This document shows, one piece after another, positions 1 through 9,584 of a stretch of 64,000 nucleotides of DNA (within the stretch, counting starts at the first letter, position 1; every line of letters begins with the position of its first letter). A model generated the notes under the pieces. It worked only from the letters and a program-made list of their open reading frames with translations, had not been told where the DNA came from and searched no databases. The stretch lies in contig JBHLLO010000006.1 in assembly GCA_048885535.1 (NCBI GenBank), positions 15,915 through 79,914 on the forward strand, read 5' to 3'. Both the position numbers and the translations under genes were made by a program. Source of the DNA: Candidatus Hermodarchaeota archaeon. GTDB taxonomy: Archaea > Asgardarchaeota > Lokiarchaeia > Sigyniarchaeales > SOKP01.

Positions 1-310
1 TGCTTACTTCCCCTATACCAAGATTTTTTACAAAGCCTAGAAACTCAGAAACGCGATTCCAGCCAAAAATATTGGATGCGGAACCTAAATACCTCAGATA
101 CTTATTTATTTCAAAAATTTGCATTCTAATTGGAAAAACAGGTATTGCTCCGGCTGCAAAAACTAAGTCTGAAAAAGGAAGTGCAACAGAAATTAATTTT
201 TTCTTTTCTCTAAATTTTTTTCTTTTTAGATAGTCTCTTCCTCCTAAAAAGTTATATGCTATCCTTAAAACAGAAGAAAATCTAATTAACTCATCGGCGA
301 TCAAACTCAT
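1..310 (-). CDS. 2-hydroxyacyl-CoA dehydratase family subunit (HgdA/FldB-like), N-terminal part; runs off the window start
   Basis: Not in the ORF track. Manual translation from ATG at 310: MSLIADELIRFSSVLRIAYNFLGGRDYLKRKKFREKKKLISVALPFSDLVFAAGAIPVFPIRM. The 'DLVFAAGAIPV' segment parallels 'ELIDAAGFFPL' of the neighbouring dehydratase subunit, whose stop lies 2 nt upstream. Confidence 0.7.
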   Translation of the reverse strand, partial: MSLIADELIRFSSVLRIAYNFLGGRDYLKRKKFREKKKLISVALPFSDLVFAAGAIPVFPIRMQIFEINKYLRYLGSASNIFGWNRVSEFLGFVKNLGIGEVS

Positions 311-312
311 TT

Positions 313-1446
313 TTAAATCATCTCCAAGAAAGCTTCAATTCGAGTTGAAAGTTGCCCTCGATTTGCTTTTGAATAATCCCGTTCTAAATTTAAAACGTAT
401 AATCCCTCCTTTTGTAGTTTGTCTTTAAAAAAGGAAGCTACAATGGAAAAATGATCACAAAATTTAATTATGTGGTTAATAATTGCTAACTTTTTACCTG
501 TTTTTTCCTCATATTTTCTATATGTCTCTAGAATTAGTGCTATTTTATTTTCTAAAAAATTAGGAACAGAGTGGTCTCCATATATATTATCTTTGAATCT
601 TTGAACCAGAAGTTTTAATGGATCCTCCCCCTCATTGATAAGTTTTTCATCTATAATTTGTAAATAATTATTCCCTATCCAAGTATCATAGAAAACAATA
701 TTTCCGCCGCCCTCCTCTATTAAATCTACCAAATAATCGTTAATAAAAATTGAACATCCTGTTAATATCAGATCCCTTGAATTACTTTGATAATTTGAGG
801 ATTCTTGTTCGTGTTCTTGAATTATCCTTTTTAATTCAGGCATGAAATCAGGACCGAATAACAATGCCTTTTGTAATAATTTTAATTTCTCTGACCCTTT
901 TAAGCTTAAATCATTTAATTCATTGAGCTCTTTCTTAAATATGTTATATTTTTTTATGCTGTTTAATAAATCCTCATCTTTAATTTCATGACCTATAAGT
1001 TCTTCAAGTTGATTTTTGAAATTTTCAAGTTCTATTCTTAAATATGTCAAACTATTTTCATTTTTAGTATATGAAATGTAGAAGTTCAATCGAGGAATAT
1101 TGAAATATCTAGATATAATTTCTGAAGCACATATATCAGATACACAATGATTTGATACAATAAAATAATCAATCAAATCTAGAAATTGAAAGAAATTTGG
1201 TTTTAAAGAAAATAAACCAATACATGACTGTGCAAATGCACAAGTAGATGGAGGTAAATAATCATGACTCGCATTCATTAGATCATCATTTCCACCAAAC
1301 ATCAATCTAAGTGGAAAAAAGCCAGCAGCGTCAATTAATTCCTCTGGAATATTATCATGTGAAATAAATCCTACAATTTTCTTGCCCTCTTCTTTTTTTT
1401 CTCTAAGAAATAAAGAAAAGTCTGATAATAGTTCTATATCTTCCAT
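313..1446 (-). CDS. 2-hydroxyacyl-CoA dehydratase subunit (HgdB/FldC, HGD-D family)
   Basis: PEELIDAAG, C-terminal KFCDH and GQLSTRIEAFLEM motifs typical of HGD-D; next to an activase. Confidence 0.9.
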   Translation of the reverse strand: MEDIELLSDFSLFLREKKEEGKKIVGFISHDNIPEELIDAAGFFPLRLMFGGNDDLMNASHDYLPPSTCAFAQSCIGLFSLKPNFFQFLDLIDYFIVSNHCVSDICASEIISRYFNIPRLNFYISYTKNENSLTYLRIELENFKNQLEELIGHEIKDEDLLNSIKKYNIFKKELNELNDLSLKGSEKLKLLQKALLFGPDFMPELKRIIQEHEQESSNYQSNSRDLILTGCSIFINDYLVDLIEEGGGNIVFYDTWIGNNYLQIIDEKLINEGEDPLKLLVQRFKDNIYGDHSVPNFLENKIALILETYRKYEEKTGKKLAIINHIIKFCDHFSIVASFFKDKLQKEGLYVLNLERDYSKANRGQLSTRIEAFLEMI

Positions 1447-1510
1447 TGTTTCAATTTTAAAGATATCACTTATTGATTAAAAATGAGGTAATCCAGCAAA
1501 GGATTTAATT

Positions 1511-2290
1511 TTAATTGTTATAATTTTCTTGAGCTATTAGTGCAGCGCCAATAGCACCTGTTAATTGGGGATATTCTGGTACTACAATTTCATATCCTAA
1601 CTCAACTTCTAAATACTTTTTAACAGCGATATTTTTTGCAACACCACCACAAAATACAAGTTTTGGTGCAACGCCAATACGTTTAGCCATACCAGCAACT
1701 CTTCTTGAAATGGACTTATGAATTCCAGCAGCAATATCTTCTTTAGATGATCCTCTAGCAAAAAGACTAATTACTTCACTTTCAGCAAAAACGGTACATG
1801 TAGAACTAATAGAAGCTATATTCTTTGAATTTAGGGCAAGGTCACCAAATTGATCAATAGGAACTTCAAGAGCGTGTGCCATTACTTCTAAGAATCTACC
1901 AGTTCCAGCAGCACACTTATCATTCATTTGGAAATCAATAACGTTTCCAGTCTTCCTAGAAATTAGTATAGCTTTACTATCTTGCCCTCCAATATCAATT
2001 ACTGAATGGGCATCATTAAAGAAAAATTGTGCTCCCTTAGCATGTGCAGTTATTTCAGTAACTCGATCATCAGCAATATCAATGGTATTTCGACCATATC
2101 CGGTACTCATAACATAAACATCAGATCTGTTTAACTTGTTCTTCAATAATATATCATCGAAGAGATTGTGTCCAACTTTTTTAAAGTTATAAGTTGATCT
2201 CTCTGTTCTATGATCAACTAATTTACCATCATTTATGAGAACGATTTTTGTTGCTAATGATCCAATATCAATACCAATAAAAACTTTCAA
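1511..2290 (-). CDS. CoA-substrate-specific enzyme activase (HgdC/BcrAD-type ASKHA ATPase, [4Fe-4S])
   Basis: GIDIGS, TGYGR, IDIGGQDSK, MNDKCAAGTGRFLE, STCTVFAESE and GGVAKN motifs; TTG start. Confidence 0.95.
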   Translation of the reverse strand: MKVFIGIDIGSLATKIVLINDGKLVDHRTERSTYNFKKVGHNLFDDILLKNKLNRSDVYVMSTGYGRNTIDIADDRVTEITAHAKGAQFFFNDAHSVIDIGGQDSKAILISRKTGNVIDFQMNDKCAAGTGRFLEVMAHALEVPIDQFGDLALNSKNIASISSTCTVFAESEVISLFARGSSKEDIAAGIHKSISRRVAGMAKRIGVAPKLVFCGGVAKNIAVKKYLEVELGYEIVVPEYPQLTGAIGAALIAQENYNN

Positions 2291-2363
2291 TTTTCCATTA
2301 CCTATTTGCTTTAGCTTTAAAAATGTTCTATGGAATATTAAATTTATTCTTTAATTGACTCTC

Positions 2364-3071
2364 TTAATCAACGCCTAAAATCAGAAGTGAAATTGTTAGG
2401 GTTAAAGAAAATGCAATCAGTAATTGTAGGATATTTTTAATAATAGATTCACGGGATATCACTCCTAAGAAAGCTCCTAGTAGAACTATAGATATAAATA
2501 TAATTAAAAAAGATATCATAAATATTTCAAAGCCTGCTTGTGAAACAAAGAAAAATGGAATAAGCGGTATAATACCACCAAAAAAAGGGGCTAAACCATT
2601 CACTAAAGCAACTAGAATGCTTGCAAATAATTTAGCTTTTTCTTGTATTGTTTTCTTTCTAATCTCTTCTTCCTTTCCATTTTGGGAATTGTTATTTTGA
2701 GTTAAATCAATATCTTTTAACATTGCTTTTTCTAGATCATCTTGAGTTAATTGTTCTCCTTCTTCTTCCTCTTCTTCAACAATTACCATTGCTTTATCTA
2801 ATTCTAATTTTAATTTTCTTTGTTCTGCTCTCTCAGATAAATAAGACCCTGAAATACCTGACATCAACATGGATATTGAAGTTGCAAAACCAGTTAAAAG
2901 TACAATATTACTCTCAATAGCATGATCAGAGCCTTTAATTATTAATATAAAGAAACCTAAAAGAATTCCTAAAACCGTTAAAAGCCCATCATAGAAATTA
3001 TTTACAAAATAACGTCGTGCTATTGCTCCCAGTTTCGTTATTTTTGAAAAAAGTTTATACTTTTCAAGCAT
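2364..3071 (-). CDS. VIT1/CCC1-like (TIGR00267-type) membrane protein
   Basis: ARRYFVNNFYDGLLTVLG, SGISGSYLSERAE and GGIIPLIPFF motifs; about 5 TM segments with an acidic cytoplasmic loop. Confidence 0.8.
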   Translation of the reverse strand: MLEKYKLFSKITKLGAIARRYFVNNFYDGLLTVLGILLGFFILIIKGSDHAIESNIVLLTGFATSISMLMSGISGSYLSERAEQRKLKLELDKAMVIVEEEEEEGEQLTQDDLEKAMLKDIDLTQNNNSQNGKEEEIRKKTIQEKAKLFASILVALVNGLAPFFGGIIPLIPFFFVSQAGFEIFMISFLIIFISIVLLGAFLGVISRESIIKNILQLLIAFSLTLTISLLILGVD

Positions 3072-3117
3072 TTTACTAATTTTTTTAAAAAGGGTAATAA
3101 ACCCGAAATTATATTCA

Positions 3118-3891
3118 TTAAATTCCCAATAATAATGAAACCAATAGAGTAACTATTCCTGCTGTCAATAAATGCAAAGCGTATTTTATACGTCCTCCTC
3201 CTGATATATTTCCTAGAAATATTCCTAAATATACTAGTAAACCTCCTAAAATTATATAAGAAAAAATGAAATGAAATATAGTTAATGTAGTTCCAAAGAA
3301 AAAGGGAATTAAGGGGAGAGATGATCCCAAAACTGGAGCACCTCCATCTACTAAAGATGCAACTATTGTTGCAAAATGTTCAGCTTGTTCTATTAAAGTC
3401 TTGTTATTTTTATTATTTTTATCTTTTTTTCTAATTGGTATTAATATATTTCTTTTCTTTTTTGATCCTTTTACCTGGACAGGGATGACCATAGCTTTTT
3501 GGATTTCTTTTTCTTCAAGCATTTTTTTAGCTAACAGAATTTTTTCTATCTCTTCCTTAGTATAATCATCGAAATTTTCTTCAATAATAACCATATCTTT
3601 CTTGAGATCGATTATCTTTTTCTTTCTTTCAGCCTCTTCTGAAAGAAAAGCTCCCCATAAACCACTAATGCCTATAGCTAAAGCAGTTGCAAAACCAGTT
3701 ATTATAATAGTAGAAGGAGTATATGCTGAATTAGTTCCAAATAAGAAAATCATAAACATTCCACTTACAATACCAGCACATGTTAGAGCCCCATCAAAAC
3801 AATTATTAAAAAATTTTCGACGAGAAATAATCCCCAAATCAGACATCTGGGAGTATTTTCGCCATTTTTCAAATCTAGATTCTTTTCCCAT
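3118..3891 (-). CDS. VIT1/CCC1-like (TIGR00267-type) membrane protein, paralog
   Basis: SRRKFFNNCFDGALT, SGLWGAFLSEEAE and LPLIPFF motifs; same architecture as 2364..3071 but with a basic loop. Confidence 0.8.
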   Translation of the reverse strand: MGKESRFEKWRKYSQMSDLGIISRRKFFNNCFDGALTCAGIVSGMFMIFLFGTNSAYTPSTIIITGFATALAIGISGLWGAFLSEEAERKKKIIDLKKDMVIIEENFDDYTKEEIEKILLAKKMLEEKEIQKAMVIPVQVKGSKKKRNILIPIRKKDKNNKNNKTLIEQAEHFATIVASLVDGGAPVLGSSLPLIPFFFGTTLTIFHFIFSYIILGGLLVYLGIFLGNISGGGRIKYALHLLTAGIVTLLVSLLLGI

Positions 3892-4119
3892 TTTGTTAAG
3901 TGTACACCTATATTAGATAAATTAAGCAAAATGTAAAAACTTTATCTTTGCAATAAGATTTTGTAATATAACGAGACACCATTTAACCAAATTATTGGTA
4001 TTAATAATTATATTTAAACGACGATTATATATATATTATATTTCTCTAAAATCTGATGATTTTTATTGATCTAATCATATAATATTCTTAGATTATTAAA
4101 AATTTAGTGAAAATGAAAA

Positions 4120-4773
4120 ATGGCATTGAATAGTAAGACAAAAGAAGAAATTATTAGTTTGCTGGTTGAGCATTCGAGAATAATATATGACGTTCTAAGC
4201 GATATGGGTGTGTACTATAATAGTTGGGCTGAAGATTATGAAAAAAATAAGGACACCTTACAAAAAAAAAAGAATAAAATGCAATTATCCGAGGAAGAAG
4301 CAGATGAATATAAGATCAAATTAATTCAAGACTTCTCTGAAGCTGGAACCCAAGGTTTGGGTGATTATGTTGCTTTAATTTTAAGAATGGATAATTTAAT
4401 CAATTACCCTTTGGAATTCGTGGACATGCTTGAAAAAATTAATCTAAAAGACAAGAAGTTTAAGGAAATTAAAAAACGTTATTATCGATTGATAAATCTG
4501 ATAATGGAAATGGCGGATATTTTAAAGCAAACCATCAAAAATCTTAGAGATAACCGAGATAAAGTATATGAAAATACAGTTAAGATTCATGAAATGGAGA
4601 ATGATATTGACACAACTTACAGGCAATTTCTTGATTTTCTTTATTCTACATCTAATGAGGAATTAGATATAAGATTATTATTAAGATTGAGAGACAGCAT
4701 AGTATTATTAGAACAATTAGCAGACAGAATCCATGACATTGGTGATGTCATTAGAGTTATTCTTTACCAATAA
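4120..4773 (+). CDS. DUF47/PhoU-like phosphate transport regulator
   Basis: All-helical with repeated E-x-x-x-D motifs (EEEADEYK, EMENDID, LEQLADRIHD). Confidence 0.8.
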   Translation: MALNSKTKEEIISLLVEHSRIIYDVLSDMGVYYNSWAEDYEKNKDTLQKKKNKMQLSEEEADEYKIKLIQDFSEAGTQGLGDYVALILRMDNLINYPLEFVDMLEKINLKDKKFKEIKKRYYRLINLIMEMADILKQTIKNLRDNRDKVYENTVKIHEMENDIDTTYRQFLDFLYSTSNEELDIRLLLRLRDSIVLLEQLADRIHDIGDVIRVILYQ

Positions 4774-4924
4774 GAAAATAAAACTTCTCTAAATTTCATT
4801 AATAAACCATCAGCTTCTTTTTTTGGATAGAGTACCTTTAAATAAAAAAATTAAGAAAACTTTTTACGCAATTATTTATATCTTCTTATTTAATTATTAC
4901 AAATTGTTTTGATGTAATGTTAAA

Positions 4925-5290
4925 ATGAATGGAAAAAAGAAGTTTTTTATATTACTCGGTTTATTTCAAATAATTCTTGTATTTACGGTATTTTTCTCTG
5001 TAAATGGACTAATAACACTTGTAGTTGCCCAACCAACATCTTATGATTATTATAATTCGATAACTTCAGCAATCCTAGCAATTTCAGCAGCAATTTCAGT
5101 TGGTGCGTCTGTATTAGGGAGCGCATTAGCAATAAAAACTGTAGGAACTGCCGCAATATCATCACTTGCAGAGCGCGAAGAATCCTTCTTTAAAGCATTC
5201 TTAGTAGTGGCCTTAGCAGAAGCTTTAGCAGTCTATGGATTGATTGTTGGAATACTATTATGGACAAAAATTCCGACACCACCAGCATAA
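4925..5290 (+). CDS. atpK: A/V-type ATPase proteolipid subunit K (c)
   Basis: Single hairpin with conserved Glu in VALAEALAVYGL; extra hydrophobic N-terminal segment. Confidence 0.9.
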   Translation: MNGKKKFFILLGLFQIILVFTVFFSVNGLITLVVAQPTSYDYYNSITSAILAISAAISVGASVLGSALAIKTVGTAAISSLAEREESFFKAFLVVALAEALAVYGLIVGILLWTKIPTPPA

Positions 5291-5324
5291 TCTAACAAGA
5301 ATATAAAGTCTTTATAATTAAAAT

Positions 5325-6389
5325 TTGGTGTTGTTTACGAGTACATTAATTCCTTCATATGTTTATACATACATAAAAATCAACTTTTTAAAACAGCTCA
5401 TTATAAGAGACGAAAGTTTGTCAGAGTTAAAGGAATTTAATGATATAAGAGAATTTATTGAATTTATTCAGCCCTATTACCCCGAGATAAACATTACTAA
5501 TTACGATATAGTAGAAATTGAACAAGCTCTGTTTCACATTTTAATTAAAATAATTGGTAAAATTCTACATTTTTCACCAGAAAACATGCGATTGTTTTTA
5601 AGATCCCTATTTTTAAAGTATGAAATATCTAATATCAAGCAGATTATCCTAGGATCTATAGTAGGAATGAGTAAGGCTGATAAGTCTCAAAGAGTTAACT
5701 TTTTAGTAGAAGAGTATTTGGAGCATTCAGAATTTATTAATAATTTAATTGAAATTGACAACTTAGATGAGATTCAGTTATATTTTAAAAAAACTAGATA
5801 CAATAAAGCGATTCGTGAAGGAATTCTTTATTTTAAAAATACTAATGAAATTTTTGTGTTAGAGGCGTTTTTAGATAAATTATTCTATGAAAACCTGATT
5901 TTAACAAAACCAATTTATAGTAAAAAAGAACTTGCTATGATTTCATTATATATAGCTTATTCAACAGAAGTATATAATTTAAGGATGTTATCAAGAGCAA
6001 TTATTAATAATTTTGATAAAAATCTAACTTCTCAACTTTTAGTTGATGAATATTTATTTCTAGATCGTAATAAAATTGATATATTGTTAGAATCCAAGAA
6101 TATCAATGATTTTAGTTCAAAACTAGAGAATTTTTTAAGTACATCAAAAGAGTTAAAGAATTTTTTTGTACCCATTATAATAAATGTAAGGCACTTAAGA
6201 TGGTCTTTCGAAGGAATATATCAAAATTATTATTTTAAAAAATTCCAATTAAAAATTGATGATTTTGAGTATTTTACGATATATCGAATATTAGAATTAA
6301 TAATTAAAAAGGAAAGGGAAATTAAATTTAATATAATGCCAAACGTGATTAGAATAATTCACAATAGGTTTGAGAGGTTAAAAGAATAA
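5325..6389 (+). CDS. atpC: A/V-type ATPase subunit C (d/AC39 family)
   Basis: About 350 aa; KYEISNIKQII, LEAFLDKLFY and EVYNLRMLSR match the subunit C pattern; operon position. Confidence 0.8.
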   Translation: MVLFTSTLIPSYVYTYIKINFLKQLIIRDESLSELKEFNDIREFIEFIQPYYPEINITNYDIVEIEQALFHILIKIIGKILHFSPENMRLFLRSLFLKYEISNIKQIILGSIVGMSKADKSQRVNFLVEEYLEHSEFINNLIEIDNLDEIQLYFKKTRYNKAIREGILYFKNTNEIFVLEAFLDKLFYENLILTKPIYSKKELAMISLYIAYSTEVYNLRMLSRAIINNFDKNLTSQLLVDEYLFLDRNKIDILLESKNINDFSSKLENFLSTSKELKNFFVPIIINVRHLRWSFEGIYQNYYFKKFQLKIDDFEYFTIYRILELIIKKEREIKFNIMPNVIRIIHNRFERLKE

Positions 6390-6390
6390 A

Positions 6391-6708
6391 ATGAAGATTT
6401 TCGATTGGGTAAAAGATTTGGAAAATATCTATGCTAAATTAATAGAAGAAGCTAAAAATGACAATCTAAAAGAACTCGAAGAAATTAAAGCTGAAAATGA
6501 AAAATCTATTAATGAGAATTTACAAAAGAAACAACAGTTCGTTAATCATATATTGAAATCGACAAGTGAAGATGTAAGTAAGAAGATTAGTGAATTTCAA
6601 GAGAATCTAAAAACAATTCTTCAAGATTTTGAACTATATTATAATCAAAACAAGAAAAGTATAACAAGCGAAATTATATCAAAACTAGGTTTGGATTTTA
6701 TTGCCTGA
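6391..6708 (+). CDS. atpH: A/V-type ATPase peripheral stalk subunit H/G
   Basis: 105-aa charged coiled coil (LIEEAK) inside the ATPase operon. Confidence 0.6.
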   Translation: MKIFDWVKDLENIYAKLIEEAKNDNLKELEEIKAENEKSINENLQKKQQFVNHILKSTSEDVSKKISEFQENLKTILQDFELYYNQNKKSITSEIISKLGLDFIA

Positions 6709-7021
6709 ACAAAAAATATTTGTAATTGGGGAGGAAGAAACTGTATTAATGATGGGTTTATTAGGTATTGAGGGGCTTATACTCGATAAACCAGGAGAAT
6801 TCTTAAAGGAGTTTAATATCTTAATCCAGGATCCATCTATAGGTATGCTTATAGTTGCAATGGAGCTACAAAATGAGGATACAAAATACTTATTAGATTA
6901 CAAATTGAATAGAAAAAAACCATTTGTGTTTTACCTTCCTGATGTTTTCAAACCTAAACTTGGAGAGCAGGTTGCTTTTTTAGAAGAAATTATTAAATCT
7001 ATAGGAAAAATTATAAAATAG
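6701..7021 (+). CDS. atpF: A/V-type ATPase subunit F
   Basis: KIFVIGEEETVLMMGLLGIEG N-terminus and C-terminal IIKSIG; TTG start. Confidence 0.85.
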   Translation: MPEQKIFVIGEEETVLMMGLLGIEGLILDKPGEFLKEFNILIQDPSIGMLIVAMELQNEDTKYLLDYKLNRKKPFVFYLPDVFKPKLGEQVAFLEEIIKSIGKIIK

Positions 7022-7027
7022 GACGCT

Positions 7028-7032
7028 GAGGT
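7028..7032 (+). promoter_or_regulatory. Shine-Dalgarno-like GAGGT upstream of the proposed ATT start of atpE
   Basis: GAGGT at 7028-7032, 4 nt before in-frame ATT at 7037. Confidence 0.5.
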
Positions 7033-7036
7033 TAAG

Positions 7037-7759
7037 ATTTCAGAAAAAAAGAAGATTAAAGAACAGTTTGGTCAATTAGGCCTTTACTTAACTAATAAGG
7101 CAGAAGAAGAGATAAAAGAAATTAACCAACAAATGCTTTTTCAAAAAGCAGAGATAAAAAAGAGTTATATAAAAAGAGTTAATGAAATATCTATTAGAAT
7201 AAAAAATCAATTTGTCGAAAAATATAATCAATTTTTAAATAAATCCTTATCTTCGAACTTATTACAAGCTAAAGAATCAATCTTAAAGTTAAAAAACAAA
7301 TTTTTAAAGGACCTAAACCGGGAACTTATAAATCAAATTGAAAAAAATATATCTGATAATTATAATAATTATTTAAATTTCCTTATAACTTACATAAAGA
7401 ACTCAATCCATCTTATCGATAAGCCTCCAAAGCTTATCCTCATATTAAATAGCAGGGATTTTAGTAAAGCTAAAAATAGAATTCTTAGCATTAAAAATCT
7501 TTTTAAAAGTGAAATAGAACTGATTTCTAGCAAAGATAGCTTTATTGGTGGATTTAAAGCGATCATAGGAGATAGCGAAATTACTTATAATTATAGTATT
7601 GACAATTTATTGACGAAAAACCTTATTAAGATTGAGAATCAATTAACAAAGATTTTTTCTGAAGCTGAAATGGAAAATGTGCAAATTGAATTTGAAAATT
7701 ATATTAAACATAAAAAAAATGGGATAGAGGAGTACATAAAAGAGTATGACCAGCTCTAA
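7037..7759 (+). CDS. atpE: A/V-type ATPase subunit E; start probably ATT at 7037 rather than ATG at 7133
   Basis: C-terminal IGGFK...YNYSIDNLL signature. The frame is open back to 7022 and encodes the subunit-E N-terminal helix (SEKKKIKEQFGQLGLYLTNKAEEEIKEINQQ). Confidence 0.8.
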   Translation: MSEKKKIKEQFGQLGLYLTNKAEEEIKEINQQMLFQKAEIKKSYIKRVNEISIRIKNQFVEKYNQFLNKSLSSNLLQAKESILKLKNKFLKDLNRELINQIEKNISDNYNNYLNFLITYIKNSIHLIDKPPKLILILNSRDFSKAKNRILSIKNLFKSEIELISSKDSFIGGFKAIIGDSEITYNYSIDNLLTKNLIKIENQLTKIFSEAEMENVQIEFENYIKHKKNGIEEYIKEYDQL

Positions 7760-9584
7760 GCAATCACTTCAAACAGGATATATAACAGCAATTTATGGTT
7801 CAATAATAGAAGTAAAAGGAATAGAAAAAACAGTTAAATTAAATGATTTAATAAAAATTACAGAACAAAATATTCTGGGAGAAGTAATTCAAATTTACAA
7901 TAATTATATTATTGTTCAATGTTATGAAAATACTTATAATTTAAAATTAAACCAAGAAGTTATTAGTCTTCAAGAACCATTATCTATGGAATTGGGGCCT
8001 GGACTTATTACAAGTGTGTTCGATGGGATTCAGAGACCTTTAAATCAAGTCGATGAACAGTTAGATAGTTCATTTCTGCAACGTGGAGTTGAATTACCTT
8101 CACTCTCTAGAACTAAAAAGTGGCATTTTAAACCTGAAAAGAAAATTGGAGAGAAGTTAGAACCAGGAGATATAGTTGGTTCTGTTCAAGAAACACCATT
8201 AATAGAGCATAAAATCTTGGTTCCAGTGCAGTATTCAGGGATATTATCATTTATTGTTGATGAGGGTGATTATGTTATAACAGATGAAATCTACGGATTG
8301 AAAGAAAATGGAAAGGAACATTCCCTTAATATGTTGCAAAAATGGCCAATAACAATTAGTAGGCCTTATAAAAAGAGAATATCTTTAGAAGAACCTTTAA
8401 TTACGGGAATAAGGGTAATTGATTTACTTTTTCCTATAGCAAAAGGTGGAACAGTAGCAGTTCCAGGAGGCTTTGGTACTGGAAAAACAGTTATTCAACA
8501 ATCATTAGCCAAATGGTCAGATGCTGATATAATTGTATTTGTTGGATGTGGTGAGAGAGGAAACGAAATAGCGGATGTATTAAAAGAATTTTTAAAGATA
8601 ATTGATCCAAAAAGTGGACGTCCTTTAATAGAAAGAATTATAATAATCGCTAACACATCTAATATGCCCGTTTCTGCGAGGGAGGCAAGTATTTTTTCTG
8701 GAGTGACTATAGCAGAGTATTACAGGGATATGGGTTATAATGTTGCAGTTTTAGCTGATAGTACTTCTAGATGGGCAGAATCTTTAAGAGAGATTTCAGG
8801 TTTATTGGAGGAAATGCCCGCAGAGGAGGGATATCCTGCTTATTTGCCTTCGAAAATTTCAAGCTTTTATGAAAGAGCTGGTAAAGTAGAAACATTAGGA
8901 AATCAAGATTCAAAACATAAAAGAATAGGATCTATTACTGTAATTGGCTCAATTTCACCTCCAGCAGGAGACTTTAGTGAACCAGTAACAGCTACAACTA
9001 AGCGATTCGTTCAAGCATTTTGGGCATTGGACGCAAATCTCGCATACTCAAAACATTACCCTGCTATTAATTGGCTGAGTTCATATTCTAATTATTTAGA
9101 ATATATCTCTCAATGGTGGTATGAAAGGGACATTCCATGGCCAGAGATTGACATAGATTGGTATCAATGTAGAGAAGAAATAAATACAATCCTATCAAAA
9201 GAAAATGAATTAAGAAATGTTGTTCAGTTAATTGGAGAGGAAAATTTACCTGAAAATCAACAATTAATCATTTTTATTGGAAAATTAATTAGAGAAAGCT
9301 TTCTTGTTCAAAACGCTTTTGACAATATTGATAACTATACTGACACTATCAAGTTGTTAGGTCATGTAAAATTATTATTACTTTTATATTACCAAGCCAG
9401 AGACCTTCTAACTCAAGGATTTCTATTAGAAGATATTAAGACTCTTGAGATTTTAAATGACCTAAGAAGATTAAGTCACACTATTCCTAATAATGAATTT
9501 GATAAAATAGAAAAAATAAAAATTCGATTATTATCAGAGATTCAATCAATGAAATTAGTACGTGGAGGACGAAGAATAAAATGA
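7746..9584 (+). CDS. atpA: A/V-type ATPase catalytic subunit A
   Basis: Walker [60 protein letters not shown]. Confidence 0.97.
   Translation: MTSSKQSLQTGYITAIYGSIIEVKGIEKTVKLNDLIKITEQNILGEVIQIYNNYIIVQCYENTYNLKLNQEVISLQEPLSMELGPGLITSVFDGIQRPLNQVDEQLDSSFLQRGVELPSLSRTKKWHFKPEKKIGEKLEPGDIVGSVQETPLIEHKILVPVQYSGILSFIVDEGDYVITDEIYGLKENGKEHSLNMLQKWPITISRPYKKRISLEEPLITGIRVIDLLFPIAKGGTVAVPGGFGTGKTVIQQSLAKWSDADIIVFVGCGERGNEIADVLKEFLKIIDPKSGRPLIERIIIIANTSNMPVSAREASIFSGVTIAEYYRDMGYNVAVLADSTSRWAESLREISGLLEEMPAEEGYPAYLPSKISSFYERAGKVETLGNQDSKHKRIGSITVIGSISPPAGDFSEPVTATTKRFVQAFWALDANLAYSKHYPAINWLSSYSNYLEYISQWWYERDIPWPEIDIDWYQCREEINTILSKENELRNVVQLIGEENLPENQQLIIFIGKLIRESFLVQNAFDNIDNYTDTIKLLGHVKLLLLLYYQARDLLTQGFLLEDIKTLEILNDLRRLSHTIPNNEFDKIEKIKIRLLSEIQSMKLVRGGRRIK

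Noticed and set aside
6701-7759. Pyrrolysine/amber read-through fusing atpF and atpE
   Set aside because: TAG is used as an ordinary stop for many genes here, no pyl genes are in the window, and an SD plus ATT start explains the open frame more simply
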